Assembly: GCA_016839445.1 (NCBI GenBank)
Contig: JAEOUG010000100.1
Span: 1 to 62,415 of the forward strand
Direction: 5' to 3'
From: Candidatus Thorarchaeota archaeon
GTDB lineage: Archaea > Asgardarchaeota > Thorarchaeia > Thorarchaeales > Thorarchaeaceae
Length of the DNA stretch: 62,415 bases
Positions 17,611 to 27,992 of this stretch are shown here, piece by piece (the first letter of the stretch is position 1; every line of letters starts with the position of its first letter). The notes under the pieces are model-generated. The model did no database searches. It was given only the letters and a program-made list of their open reading frames with translations, and had not been told where the DNA came from. The position numbers were made by a program, and so were the translations under genes.

Positions 17611-18417
17611 CTACTTGCGCGCCTTCAGGAGAAAGTACCTGCCGGGGAGGTCAAACTCGTCAAGGACCTTGATTCCAAAGGGCTTGAGCCGTTGTTCTAT
17701 CGGATTGAGATTCTGCAAGTGCTCTATGGTGAAGCCCGCCTCGAGGAACTTGCTGGCTATCTCTTCCGCAGTGAATGGTGTGTGAGTCTCATTCATCTCT
17801 TCTTCCTCGAGGTCGGTACCGAATGACCAGATCTTGGTCACGAAGTCATAGAGGTCTCTGAGTGACATCTCCAGATCTCCACCTGGCATGTCGGTATACT
17901 GAATTCTCCTCGGCTGAAAGCGGTCCCTGAAGTAGGTGAGCTTCTCCAGTGACTTCTCCGACATCTTAACGCGCGCGAGGCCTTCTCCTGGATTCTGATG
18001 GTCCATTGCGACGAACACACCTCCCTCGCGTAGAAGCGAATGTGCGACATCCAGGGTCTGCTTCAGCTGACTGCTGCCCATGAAATGGAAGACCTCGTGA
18101 AGTGCCTGCACGGCAACTATGGCATCAATTGAGTTCGTCTGGATTGGAATCTCCGGCATCCGGCCCTGAAGCGTTTCCACATTACTGCCAGGGTTTCGTG
18201 TTCGCATCTCTCCGAGAAGGAACTGAGACATGTCGAGGCCGACGATATTCGCCTGCGGTGCTCGAGACCTGAGAAGCGGTGCCAGCATCCCCACTCCACA
18301 GCCGAGATCGAGTATTGTGGATGACCTACGGTCCACCTGGTTGGCCACGTGCTTCATGTACTTCACGCGCCCCCTGTGTGAAAGCACCTTCGCCATCTGT
18401 ATCCTGTCTGCGGACAT
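17611..18417 (-). CDS. Class I SAM-dependent methyltransferase
   Basis: ILDLGCGVG, GLDMS, QALHE, LREGG. Confidence 0.85.
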   Translation of the reverse strand: MSADRIQMAKVLSHRGRVKYMKHVANQVDRRSSTILDLGCGVGMLAPLLRSRAPQANIVGLDMSQFLLGEMRTRNPGSNVETLQGRMPEIPIQTNSIDAIVAVQALHEVFHFMGSSQLKQTLDVAHSLLREGGVFVAMDHQNPGEGLARVKMSEKSLEKLTYFRDRFQPRRIQYTDMPGGDLEMSLRDLYDFVTKIWSFGTDLEEEEMNETHTPFTAEEIASKFLEAGFTIEHLQNLNPIEQRLKPFGIKVLDEFDLPGRYFLLKARK

Positions 18418-18555
18418 CGTTAGGGGCTAGTCTAGCATTCGCTATTAATCTTGGTCACCCTAGCAAGGAGTCCACCATGTTTCGCCCCGACTGGAATCGA
18501 ATGTCCCGCGAAATGGAAAGGTTTCTCTCCTACCTTCTGTGCACTGTCCGATTGG

Positions 18556-18921
18556 TCATTTGTCGAGCATCGTGGCAACGACGTCAATCACAACACCGTA
18601 CGCAAATCCAGCAAACAGACTCATGAGATCCTGATATGCATCTGAAAGGTAGATTGCACTTGATATCAGGATGCCGAGGATGAGTCCCCTGAGCGCAGCA
18701 TTGACCAGGCTCCTCGGGTTGTTTCTCTGAACTATGAGTATGCCACCTGCTAGACCGATGACTAGACCCATCGTGACACGGTTGTACCACATGCCCATCA
18801 GATAGAACAGGTTCTCGAAGTATGCTCCGGCAAAGAGCCTGCTACCCACGCCAATGATGCAGAGCACACCCAGCATTGCGCCAAGAACGATACTAATCCC
18901 GAGTCTTCTGTAAACAGTCAT
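18556..18921 (-). CDS. Small 4-TM membrane protein
   Basis: LGVLCIIG, WYNRVTMGLVIG, YGVVID; start moved to ATG 18921. Confidence 0.7.
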   Translation of the reverse strand: MTVYRRLGISIVLGAMLGVLCIIGVGSRLFAGAYFENLFYLMGMWYNRVTMGLVIGLAGGILIVQRNNPRSLVNAALRGLILGILISSAIYLSDAYQDLMSLFAGFAYGVVIDVVATMLDK

Positions 18922-19028
18922 AGTCTTCACAAACGTTGGATGTACCGAAGTGCCTGATATATCCCATTGTACGTTGTTCGGTATCTCTATGTGGACGTTT
19001 GCGCAGAAACGAATGAGGAGAGCTGCAG

Positions 19029-20465
19029 ATGAGCAAGAACACCGCACTTGACTGGATCTCGAAGAACGAGGAGCAGATAATTGACGTCAGTCAGAAGGTC
19101 TGGGAGTGGGCCGAACTCGGGCTTGTGGAATACAAGTCATCGGAGTTGATTGCCAAGACCCTGGAGGAATACGGCTTCTCAGTAGAGAGAGGGGTGGCAG
19201 GAATGCCAACGGCCTTTATCGCAACGTATGGTGACTCTGGCCCGGTCATCGGAGTAATGGGCGAGTATGACGCGCTTCCAGGAATCTCGCAGAAGGCGAC
19301 AACTGAGAAGGAGCCTCTAGTGGATGGAGCCCCCGGGCACGGCTGTGGACACAACATTCACGGGGCCTCAGGTATGGCGGGGGCCATAGCAGCACGCATG
19401 GCTCTAGAGAAGCATGGGCTTCCTGGGACTATCAAGTTCTTCGGCTGCCCGGCAGAGGAGAACTACAGTGGCAAGGTGTTCATGGTTCGAGATGGGTACT
19501 TCGAAGGTGTCGATGTTGCCCTGAGTCACCACCCGTATTGGATGAACTCAGCCGGGCTAACCAGTTCTCTCGCTGTCAACTCCGTGAAGTTCCACTTCCA
19601 TGGAGTTTCCTCCCACGCAGCAGCATCTCCGGACAGAGGGAGGAGTGCACTTGATGCTGTCGAGCTAATGAACACCGGTGTGAACTTCATGAGGGAACAC
19701 ATCGTGCAAGAGGCTCGGATTCACTACGTGGTCGAGAGGGGCGGTGAGCAGCCGAACGTAGTGCCTCCTTATGCAAGAAGCTGGTACTACATACGAGCTC
19801 CTGAACGCAGTCAGGTTGACCAGATCTATGAGTGGGTCCTTAAGATTGCAGACGGGGCAGATCTCATGGCGAGGACTACTCACGAGATTGAGTTCCTTGA
19901 GGGGGCCTACAACCTGCTTCCCAACAAACGTCTCAGCGAGCTGGTGACGGCCAACATGCGAGAGATAGGCGCACCAGAGTACGATAAGAAGGAGATGGAC
20001 TTCGCAAAGAAGATTGCAGGCACAATCACAGCAGATGACAAGGCAGCAGGTCTCAGGCAGACCAAGCGGCCTCAATGGGAAAAGCTGATGGATACTATCA
20101 TGGACAGATCCGTCCCAGATGCTTGGGACGACGGAGAGGTGATGCCCGGCTCCACTGATGTTGCCGATGTCAGTTGGGTCACACCGACAATGGAGTTCAA
20201 CACAGCAACCTGCGCCCTGGGAATCCCGTTCCATTCCTGGCAGATGGTGGCCATGAGCGGCATGAGCATAGGACACAAGTCGCTCATCTTCGCGGCTAAG
20301 GCGCTCGCAGCTTCGGCACTGGACCTCCTGACCAAGCCGGAGCTACTCAAGTCAGTGAAAGACGAATTCGTTGAACGTAAGGCTGGCAGAGAGTACAAGT
20401 GTGCAGTTCCAAAGGACATCAAGCCTCCTCTTGAGGTGGCAAGGGAGGCTGCAGGGCTCACATAG
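19029..20465 (+). CDS. M20 amidohydrolase, AbgB-like
   Basis: GEYDALPG, HGCGHN, GCPAEE, GSTDVADVSW, HSWQ. Confidence 0.9.
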   Translation: MSKNTALDWISKNEEQIIDVSQKVWEWAELGLVEYKSSELIAKTLEEYGFSVERGVAGMPTAFIATYGDSGPVIGVMGEYDALPGISQKATTEKEPLVDGAPGHGCGHNIHGASGMAGAIAARMALEKHGLPGTIKFFGCPAEENYSGKVFMVRDGYFEGVDVALSHHPYWMNSAGLTSSLAVNSVKFHFHGVSSHAAASPDRGRSALDAVELMNTGVNFMREHIVQEARIHYVVERGGEQPNVVPPYARSWYYIRAPERSQVDQIYEWVLKIADGADLMARTTHEIEFLEGAYNLLPNKRLSELVTANMREIGAPEYDKKEMDFAKKIAGTITADDKAAGLRQTKRPQWEKLMDTIMDRSVPDAWDDGEVMPGSTDVADVSWVTPTMEFNTATCALGIPFHSWQMVAMSGMSIGHKSLIFAAKALAASALDLLTKPELLKSVKDEFVERKAGREYKCAVPKDIKPPLEVAREAAGLT

Positions 20466-20808
20466 ATTCATCGAGTCTCATCATTTCTGCAGAGGACAGC
20501 TTCAGGACCTTACCACAGTTCTGGCACCGGACGGTCATGTTCTTGGAGATCTTCCTTCTACCATAGCTGTAGGTCGCATCACACTTCGGGCATTTGATTC
20601 GAATGCCTTCTGCCACGTCTTCTGTATCTCCCATGAGCTCAGTGTGCCCACATACCCTGCAGAAGACCGCAGAGAGTTGCACAGAATGAGGCGAGTCTGT
20701 TGATATGAATGTCAGTCGTTCGTGTCCCCCATATCTCATGTCGTAGATGACTCCTCTGAGCGTACTATCACTACCGCATCTCATGCATCTGTACCTTATC
20801 TCGGACAT
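20458..20808 (-). CDS. Double Zn-ribbon protein
   Basis: CMRC, CRVC, CPKC, CQNC; GAGG SD before ATG 20808. Confidence 0.7.
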   Translation of the reverse strand: MSEIRYRCMRCGSDSTLRGVIYDMRYGGHERLTFISTDSPHSVQLSAVFCRVCGHTELMGDTEDVAEGIRIKCPKCDATYSYGRRKISKNMTVRCQNCGKVLKLSSAEMMRLDESM

Positions 20809-20914
20809 CCTCTCGCCCGTGGTCACTGAGTGAACGAGAGCAATTAACTTCTTCCCACTCTGGTGTATCAAGGGTTAAATCCTGTCACGAGAAGACGGGC
20901 GCAACTGTACTAGG

Positions 20915-21157
20915 ATGGGAGTATCGATGACACAATCACGAAGACGAAGTCTAACTGGTCCCCTCGCGGTCGCCATCGGCGGATGTACTGCTGGATTCCC
21001 TGTGTTTGGTTTCTTCTACCTGCTCTATAACGATAGGTTCGCAGGCTCAGACGCAACCTTCCAGGCATTCTTGCTGTTTGCCATGTTCATGCTCTTTGCC
21101 GGCCTCTTTGTGGCCTCAGTTGGAGTGCAGATGATTCTAGAAGACAGCCAGAAGTAG
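20915..21157 (+). CDS. Small two-TM membrane protein
   Basis: 2 hydrophobic helices; TATA-like TTAAAT upstream. Confidence 0.6.
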   Translation: MGVSMTQSRRRSLTGPLAVAIGGCTAGFPVFGFFYLLYNDRFAGSDATFQAFLLFAMFMLFAGLFVASVGVQMILEDSQK

Positions 21158-21244
21158 TTTTGACTCATGCATCCGGATCTCTAGTTACCTCTGCAGCTAG
21201 AGACACTCAGGGTTTTTCTCTAGCCGTGTTTCTCATCAATCAGG

Positions 21245-22012
21245 ATGCCAGCAAGAGAGGGAAGCGACAGGGCTCGTACAATTGACTATGACAGCGTCGC
21301 GGCGGCGTACGACTGCCTTCGAGCTGGAGATCCAGAGATGGTTGAGCATATTCTGCGTCGCGTCGAACTGAGAAGCGAATCTCTTGTGCTAGATGTCGGA
21401 TGCGGGACTACAAACAACACTCTACTCCTCGCTTCCGCCACACGGAGTCTTGTTGTTGGTCTCGATCTCTCGCTTGGAATGCTTAGAACCGCCATCCTGA
21501 AGACGAGATCCGTCCCAGTCCTGCAGGCGACCGCCGAGCTCATGCCTTTCACAAGCCACAGCTTTGATCTTGTCTATATGACCGAAGTCCTCCATCATCT
21601 CTCTGATTACGCTTCAGCTCTCACCGAGGCTCATCGGATCCTGAAGAACAGGGCGTCCTTGTGCATTGTCACCCAATCCCATGATCAGATAGCTGAGCGG
21701 ATGACCTCTCGGTTCTTCCCCTCAACTGTGCGAATCGACCAGAGCCGCTACCCGAGAATCAGTGAGATCGAAGGAGTGCTATCCACCATCGGGTTTACCC
21801 AAGTGAGGACAACAGAGCAACACTTCTCCACAGCAATTCTGGGCCAAGAGTACCTTCGAACTGTGGAACAGAAGGGTTACTCTATGCTTCACAAAGTCTC
21901 AGAAGATGAGTATTCCAGTGGACTTCATGAACTGAAGGCCGCACTAGATGAAGGCGAGGCGCTTCAATACGCGGCGGGATACACGTTTGTTGTGGCTAAG
22001 AGAGAAGTCTAG
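21245..22012 (+). CDS. Class I SAM-dependent methyltransferase
   Basis: VLDVGCGT, GLDLSLGML, SFDLV, VLHHL. Confidence 0.85.
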   Translation: MPAREGSDRARTIDYDSVAAAYDCLRAGDPEMVEHILRRVELRSESLVLDVGCGTTNNTLLLASATRSLVVGLDLSLGMLRTAILKTRSVPVLQATAELMPFTSHSFDLVYMTEVLHHLSDYASALTEAHRILKNRASLCIVTQSHDQIAERMTSRFFPSTVRIDQSRYPRISEIEGVLSTIGFTQVRTTEQHFSTAILGQEYLRTVEQKGYSMLHKVSEDEYSSGLHELKAALDEGEALQYAAGYTFVVAKREV

Positions 22013-22365
22013 TCCACTATCAGTCTGAGCGTGCACGTGCTCTCAACCTCAAACCTGAACAGAATCCTCACAGTGAGATAGGTAGTACCCCTCGCCTGTG
22101 TTCTGAAGTACCACCGTCCACGCTCCGCATCCCCACCTGTCCATCCCGGCTTCATGCGCTCGGGATGCAGATACTCGGTCTCTGTTCGAAGGTGCGTGAC
22201 CACCTCTTCGTCGTCAATCTCGAATTCAGCGTCTTCGCCAACTGAGCCATGACGATGGAACTGAACATAGAACTCCTCTCCAACAGTGAGGTGCTCCTCC
22301 TGGCTGTCCCCTCTGCATTCGAGGCGCCTGAGAGTGTCTTCCGGGGGCTTCACAGTACGCTTCAC
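22009..22365 (-). CDS. Chagasin/I42 protease-inhibitor-like beta-sandwich protein
   Basis: LTVGEEFYVQF...PGWTGGD...RWYFRTQARGTTYLTV; GTG start overlaps the upstream stop. Confidence 0.5.
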   Translation of the reverse strand: MKRTVKPPEDTLRRLECRGDSQEEHLTVGEEFYVQFHRHGSVGEDAEFEIDDEEVVTHLRTETEYLHPERMKPGWTGGDAERGRWYFRTQARGTTYLTVRILFRFEVESTCTLRLIVD

Positions 22366-23117
22366 TCTCCAAGCCTCTGGGCCAGGGACTTCCTGCCCCT
22401 GAAGAATCGGAAGCTGAGGACTGCCACAATGACGCCGACCACTCCGATCAGCGCGATGATGAGGATGGTTGTAATCTGGATTCCTCCACCGATGATGGTC
22501 GGCATCCCTGGATACCAATGTACGAATATCACATCGATGAGGTCTGAGCCGAGAGTAGTGTAGTGGTACCTGAGATAACTGAGCGTGCCATTCGTCTTCT
22601 CATATCTGATCTCAATGTAGGCATTCACCACCGCGCCGCCTGGGGCCTGATAGGAGCCTCTTCCAATTGTGCCCCACTCGGTGGTGGTGTCAACAAGGGT
22701 GAGACCCTCCGTACCCGTGATGTTGCCTAGCTCCGTCAAGAAGTCCCAGTCTCCAATTGGTATGAGGAGGTTCGTGAGCTGTGACCCTATCTGGGCTGAG
22801 TCGTTCTCTCGAAGGAGCCTAGATCTCCCAACCGGCATCTCGTAAGTCGAGTTGATCACGGATGCGATGGTATCGAGTTGAGTGACCTCTAGTATGGCCT
22901 TCTGCCCGGGTTCGATATACTGGAGCCATGGCAGTTCCATTTCCATTGCTGCGCGCTGATAGGGGTCTGCGAAATACGCGCGTTGGAGCGCGTAGGTGAA
23001 TTGCTCTCCCACCTCGACACCCCATTCAAGGGTGTTGTTCGATTGGGCCGAGACCGGCAAGGTCGTACACCATAGCAATGTGAGCAATGTGAAGGCAAAG
23101 AGTGTCCTGCTTCTCAT
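22362..23117 (-). CDS. Secreted protein with C-terminal TM anchor
   Basis: Signal peptide, LEWGVEVGEQFTY, YEKTNGTL, NxT sequons, C-terminal TM and basic tail. Confidence 0.75.
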   Translation of the reverse strand: MRSRTLFAFTLLTLLWCTTLPVSAQSNNTLEWGVEVGEQFTYALQRAYFADPYQRAAMEMELPWLQYIEPGQKAILEVTQLDTIASVINSTYEMPVGRSRLLRENDSAQIGSQLTNLLIPIGDWDFLTELGNITGTEGLTLVDTTTEWGTIGRGSYQAPGGAVVNAYIEIRYEKTNGTLSYLRYHYTTLGSDLIDVIFVHWYPGMPTIIGGGIQITTILIIALIGVVGVIVAVLSFRFFRGRKSLAQRLGE

Positions 23118-23186
23118 CCAGATTCACCCACGGCGAAGGTTGGAGGGTCTTCCATAGGGAGTCTTCTAATGAAGATATCCTTTCCA

Positions 23187-23930
23187 TCAACCGGTCTCAA
23201 CAAGATCAAGCAATCCGTCAATGTGATTCATGACTACGGTCTCACCGGGAGCCTTCTCCTCCTCCTCAGGGTCGCACCATGTGAGCAGAACTGGAAGCAT
23301 CCCCGCCCTCTGAGCGGCCACAACATCATACTTGACGATGTTTCCTACATATGCACATCGCGCTGGGTTCTCTCTCAGAGCATCTGAGACCCTAAACAGC
23401 ATGTAGGGCGATGGCTTGCAGTACCCTGGGACTCTCGAGTACTCAACGGCCCCAACTCGTTCAAGGAGGCCGTCATCAGCTAGGATTGGACGAGGGTCAT
23501 CAAACCTGTTTGAGGCAAGTCCCAGCTTGATATTGCTCTCTAGGAGTCTGTCAAACGTTTCAACTACGCCCTCAATCAGCTGGGTCTGGAGATTGCCAAG
23601 GAAGTCATCCCATGCGCTCTGGTATATCTGCGAGGCTCCCTCCAAATCCTCGGAGATGCCAAGTTCTCTGAGGAGGATTCTATCGTACTGCAGCCACTGC
23701 TCGGGTTCCGGATACCAATACGGACCTACATCGTTGCTCATCATGTATCCTTCGAGCCACTTGTTGGGCTCCTCCAAGGCCTCAAGTATGGTGGTATCAT
23801 CATAGATTCTGCCTGATGTCTGCTCCAGTTTGCTGAGGAACTCACGGGTCAGTCCGCAGAGGTCCAGAGCAGGCCGGTAGAGCGTTCCACCCATATCAAA
23901 GATCAGACATTTGACATCTCTTTTCGCCAT
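23187..23930 (-). CDS. HAD-family hydrolase
   Basis: FDMGGTL, ASN, KPSP, YVGN...D; start uncertain. Confidence 0.85.
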   Translation of the reverse strand: MAKRDVKCLIFDMGGTLYRPALDLCGLTREFLSKLEQTSGRIYDDTTILEALEEPNKWLEGYMMSNDVGPYWYPEPEQWLQYDRILLRELGISEDLEGASQIYQSAWDDFLGNLQTQLIEGVVETFDRLLESNIKLGLASNRFDDPRPILADDGLLERVGAVEYSRVPGYCKPSPYMLFRVSDALRENPARCAYVGNIVKYDVVAAQRAGMLPVLLTWCDPEEEEKAPGETVVMNHIDGLLDLVETG

Positions 23931-24022
23931 TGTAGCGATTTCGGATGCCACTGGTGTACTTGTATCCATCGACTGACACAAACTGAACCCTTTTGTGTAG
24001 GGTCATCCGTTGAATATATGCA

Positions 24023-25168
24023 ATGGAGTCCCATGACGAGTCGTTGAAACAGGTGGAGAAGCATCTAGCTGACCATCCGGATGACGCCTCTGCATGGAAC
24101 GCCAAGGCCGTTCTTCAGGCAGAGCAGGAGAAGTTTGGACCCGCATTGAGAAGTCTTGACAGGGCGATTGGCATCGATCCAGAGTTTGCCGCTGCTCATT
24201 CGAACCGAGGTCGTGTTCTTCTCGCACTTGGTCCGGAGAAGGCCGGGGAGGCTATTCTGTCAATCGAGAAGGCCATTGAGCTCAATCCAACAGACCTGAC
24301 ACTTGTGCGGGACAGGGCCGCCTGCCTTAGACATCTGGGCAGGCCTGAGGAAGAGCTGGCATGCTACAAGAAGATCTCAGAAGAGATGCCCAACGAATGG
24401 GGTGTCTGGTTCCGAATGGGTGATATCGAGCTTGAGTTGGGCCGTTTCAGATCTGCTATTCAGTGGTACGACAGGGCCCTCGAGCTTGAGAAGAATCTCG
24501 CTGCGGCCTACATTCACCGCGCGATCGCACTTGCCATGCTCGACCGTTTCAAAGAGGCTGTCAAGTCTGGAACGACCGCAACAAAGCTGGAGCCAAAGAG
24601 TGTCCAAGCGTGGTTGATACTTGGAGATGTGAACATACGAGCCAAGAGATTCAAGTCAGCAATGAAGGCTCTGGAGAGGGCTTCTGAGCTTGACCCGACC
24701 GACTCCTCCATTGACAACACCATGGGAATGGTCTGCTACAACGAGGGACGACTGGAGGATGCAATCAGGTTTCTACGCCGTGCAGTAACAAAAGAGCGAA
24801 ACAATGCGACTGCGCTTCGGAATCTAGGCCTGATCTTGATGGAGCTGGAAGAGTGGCATGATGCCAGCAGAGCCTTTGAGCAGCTGACATCCTTTCTGAA
24901 GGATGACCCTGATGTCTTTGATGCCAAGGCCACTGCGTCGGCCCATCTAGACGACTACTGCTCAGCGCATTCAGATTGGGAGAAGGCCCGGAAGCTCTAC
25001 AAGAACAGCGGTGATGAACGTGAAGCAGAGAGAGTCACACTTCTAGGTCGTGCGGCCAGAATCAACTGCGCACGTCAGAAAAAGGCCGTCAAGGCTGAGA
25101 AAGAAAGAGAAAAGGCAACACGGCGCTTCTCTGACCGGCACGAGTTGCGTCGCAAGAAATCATCCTAG
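24023..25168 (+). CDS. TPR repeat protein
   Basis: About 9 TPR repeats and a basic C-terminus. Confidence 0.85.
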   Translation: MESHDESLKQVEKHLADHPDDASAWNAKAVLQAEQEKFGPALRSLDRAIGIDPEFAAAHSNRGRVLLALGPEKAGEAILSIEKAIELNPTDLTLVRDRAACLRHLGRPEEELACYKKISEEMPNEWGVWFRMGDIELELGRFRSAIQWYDRALELEKNLAAAYIHRAIALAMLDRFKEAVKSGTTATKLEPKSVQAWLILGDVNIRAKRFKSAMKALERASELDPTDSSIDNTMGMVCYNEGRLEDAIRFLRRAVTKERNNATALRNLGLILMELEEWHDASRAFEQLTSFLKDDPDVFDAKATASAHLDDYCSAHSDWEKARKLYKNSGDEREAERVTLLGRAARINCARQKKAVKAEKEREKATRRFSDRHELRRKKSS

Positions 25169-25178
25169 CAAGAGCACA

Positions 25179-25484
25179 TCATTCCATGAACCTATAGGCC
25201 TCTGCTGCACCCTCGAAGTCACCCATTCTCTCAAGAAGACCTGCAAGTTTTCCCCAGCATTCAGTGTACGTTGGATTGAGTTGGAGCGCAGTCCTGTATG
25301 CCCTTACTGCAGCTGTCTGATTTCCTGTCCTGTCCAAGAGACTGCCGTAATAGCACCATCCCTCCACATCATCCGGACGCGCAGCAAGAAGGTGCCCGAT
25401 GATGCTGACCAACATCGTCGGCATAGCAATCGCTGAGCCAGCAAGGAAGACAATGAAGACTGCAGCAAGGATCAATGGAAGCAA
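25179..25484 (-). CDS. Membrane-anchored small TPR protein
   Basis: N-terminal TM; AYRTALQLNPTYTECWGKLA. Confidence 0.7.
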   Translation of the reverse strand: MLPLILAAVFIVFLAGSAIAMPTMLVSIIGHLLAARPDDVEGWCYYGSLLDRTGNQTAAVRAYRTALQLNPTYTECWGKLAGLLERMGDFEGAAEAYRFME

Positions 25485-25492
25485 TGGTCAGA

Positions 25493-26302
25493 CTATCCTT
25501 CTGGACTGTCAAAGACAAGAGACCTCAAGAGTATGTCGATGCCAAACCTGTTCTCGGTCATTTCCATATACCAGGGACCCTCCAACTCAAGTCTCTCCTG
25601 AATCTCGCTAATGGACATCCCCGCCTCGTGAAGAGATATCGCCTTCTCCTGCAAGTCCTTCAGATAGTCGATTCGCGTCATCGTGTGGGATTCGACATCA
25701 GTGATGGGCCCACGGTGACCATCAAAGAGCACATCGACATCCATCTCCAAGATTCTCTCCATTGTCGCAATCATCTGAGGCATGTTCTCCTCTGGCATGC
25801 CAATCTTCTTCTTGGATGGTAGAGGCACAGCGTCGGCCGAGAACAGCCATCTCTTGTCCGGTTCAAAGAAGCCCACCATGCTTGGCCAGTGGCCCGGCAA
25901 CCCTACGGTCTCTAACCGAAGGCCTGCCACATCGATTGCTTCTGGCATGGAATGCACCTCCGCAACAGGTCCCGGCTGCCCCCAGACCGTCCGGAAGAGC
26001 TCGCCATACTGCGGAGGGTTTCTAATGATATCATGATCCTGTTCGACTGCATAGACCTTGGCGGTCTTCTCAAGCACATAGCAGCAACCGTAGTGGTCCT
26101 CGTGGGCATGCGATACCAGGACCCTTGCTATCGGGTGCCCGGCTGCAAAGGTGACCATGTCGCTGGCGGCATTGGCACAGCCTGCATCGATTAGAGTATC
26201 TCCCACGAGATAGGAGTAGACCCAGAAGAATGCCTCTCCTCCCTGCTCTGATGAGGTCTTCACGCATGTGACAACATCATCAAAGGGCACCACTTCAATC
26301 AT
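25493..26302 (-). CDS. Metallo-beta-lactamase-fold hydrolase
   Basis: LIDAG, SHAHEDHYG, PGH, FSAD, GH. Confidence 0.9.
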   Translation of the reverse strand: MIEVVPFDDVVTCVKTSSEQGGEAFFWVYSYLVGDTLIDAGCANAASDMVTFAAGHPIARVLVSHAHEDHYGCCYVLEKTAKVYAVEQDHDIIRNPPQYGELFRTVWGQPGPVAEVHSMPEAIDVAGLRLETVGLPGHWPSMVGFFEPDKRWLFSADAVPLPSKKKIGMPEENMPQMIATMERILEMDVDVLFDGHRGPITDVESHTMTRIDYLKDLQEKAISLHEAGMSISEIQERLELEGPWYMEMTENRFGIDILLRSLVFDSPEG

Positions 26303-26345
26303 GATTCCTGCTTGTGCGAGCCGGCGTATTGCTTCTTCGGTTAGG

Positions 26346-27476
26346 TCATGCAGAGATAGGCCGAGGCCGTAGAACAGGGGGCGCGAACTGGCGCAGCCGC
26401 TTGAGTCCCTGAACCTTCTCTCTTCTTCCCATCTTCGCGTCGTTCAGGGCCTGTTCTAGGAAGGAGATGGCCTGATCGTATGCTCGACGGGGTACTGGGA
26501 ACGGCACTCCGTCCTTCCCTCCAAAGGCAAAGCACATTCTCACAGGATCTGACCATGACGGTGGAGCGCCATAGATCATGTCTGCAACGAGCGAGAGCCC
26601 TCTCACTGTGGCGGGTCCAATCCCGTCCATCAGGAGGAGTTGCTCATATCCCGTAGGCTGTGTTTCGTACGCACTCTGCACCGCTTTCCAGTCCATTCGT
26701 GTGGGCAGAACCTTGTAGGACGGTAGATGGTCCCTGACCTCCTCCCCCTCCATCCAGGGCAAGAGAGTAGACTCGCCATATGACTTGATGTCCTCAAAGA
26801 ATCGCCTGACACGCCTTGGGCCCTCATTGACAATGTCGACACTGGTCCTCCTGCATTGCTCGGAATCTCTTGATGTCATATCCATCGTGTGCTCGTTCAC
26901 CTGTCCGGAGATGAGACCAGTGTGGGGCTCGTTGATGTAGCTCGTCGTTTCCTCAGAGGTCCAGTGGTATCTTCTGGCGTCGCTGGTCCTCGAGTTCATT
27001 CCCTGTTGGACAACAGTCCAGTTGCTCTCATCATCGACAAAGAAGACATGTTGATAGAGCTGATAGCCGTCTTGCACTCCGGCGTTGTCCACCTTAGCTA
27101 CCGCCTTTGATATTCCTGCAAGGCCAGCTCCGTCAAGGTCATAGTCCTCAAGCATCCGCAGCCGCTCTGGAACACGAAGCGCTGCTGCGCCCTTGCCTCC
27201 GACACCAACCACTCCGTGCCTTTCAAAAGTCAGTGCGGACTTCAGGACTCCACACGTGACAGTGGTCGAGCCTGAGCTGTCCCAATCGTAGCCAAGTACA
27301 TTGGCGAGTGCTTGGAAGTATACTGGATCAGATAGCCTTCGGAGCAGCTCATGTGTGCCATACTCATCTACTACGAACTCACAGAGTGCGCCGGCCATGG
27401 GAATCATTCTCTTAACTAGCCAGTGCGGCGCACGTCCTGGGTGAAGCCTGAGATCAGCAACGCCGGCCCGTTTCAT
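26346..27476 (-). CDS. DUF763 family protein
   Basis: ADLRLHPGRAP, DWDSSGSTT, VVQQGMN, ARRYHW, FAFGGKDGVPFPV. Confidence 0.9.
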   Translation of the reverse strand: MKRAGVADLRLHPGRAPHWLVKRMIPMAGALCEFVVDEYGTHELLRRLSDPVYFQALANVLGYDWDSSGSTTVTCGVLKSALTFERHGVVGVGGKGAAALRVPERLRMLEDYDLDGAGLAGISKAVAKVDNAGVQDGYQLYQHVFFVDDESNWTVVQQGMNSRTSDARRYHWTSEETTSYINEPHTGLISGQVNEHTMDMTSRDSEQCRRTSVDIVNEGPRRVRRFFEDIKSYGESTLLPWMEGEEVRDHLPSYKVLPTRMDWKAVQSAYETQPTGYEQLLLMDGIGPATVRGLSLVADMIYGAPPSWSDPVRMCFAFGGKDGVPFPVPRRAYDQAISFLEQALNDAKMGRREKVQGLKRLRQFAPPVLRPRPISA

Positions 27477-27502
27477 TCAGACGCCTCACATATGTGTGTT
27501 CT

Positions 27503-27850
27503 TCACAGGAGTCCAGACTTGATCATGTCCAAGGTCTTTCTGGCCTCTTCTCCTGCTTGCGCAAGCCACATCTCTAATTTGTCACAGACATAGTCACCGC
27601 AATGGGCGCACGTCTCCACATTCCTCGATGACGCACAAGATCTAAGGGCACACTGTTCGCACCATTTGAAGCGAGGCCCGTCCTGTTTACAGCCAAGGCA
27701 GTTGATGTCATCCACTGTGACTGCGTATTGAGGAGTGCTCCATTTCTCAGCGATAGCTTTCCTTTTCTCGTCGTCGTTCTCCTTTGTGGCGGCATAGGCG
27801 GGACAAGCTTGGCAATCAAGACCGCAGAAGGCAGTCATCTCTTGTCTCAT
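27503..27850 (-). CDS. DUF3795 Cys-rich protein
   Basis: AFCGLDCQACP, CLGC, CAHCGDYVC. Confidence 0.85.
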   Translation of the reverse strand: MRQEMTAFCGLDCQACPAYAATKENDDEKRKAIAEKWSTPQYAVTVDDINCLGCKQDGPRFKWCEQCALRSCASSRNVETCAHCGDYVCDKLEMWLAQAGEEARKTLDMIKSGLL

Positions 27851-27992
27851 GCGGCATTGAAGGTCATTGTATCTATAAAAGCTGAACAGGTGGCCGAAAG
27901 TACTCCTTTGCAGTTCGAGATATGCTTTTATTTCCAGACTACGAAGATACCGTGTTGGCATAGCCCGACAGAGTTCTTGAACACCTATTGAG

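Noticed and set aside
18477-18626. 49-aa ORF with AGGAG SD
   Set aside because: Overlaps the convergent gene by about 70 nt and has no recognisable features
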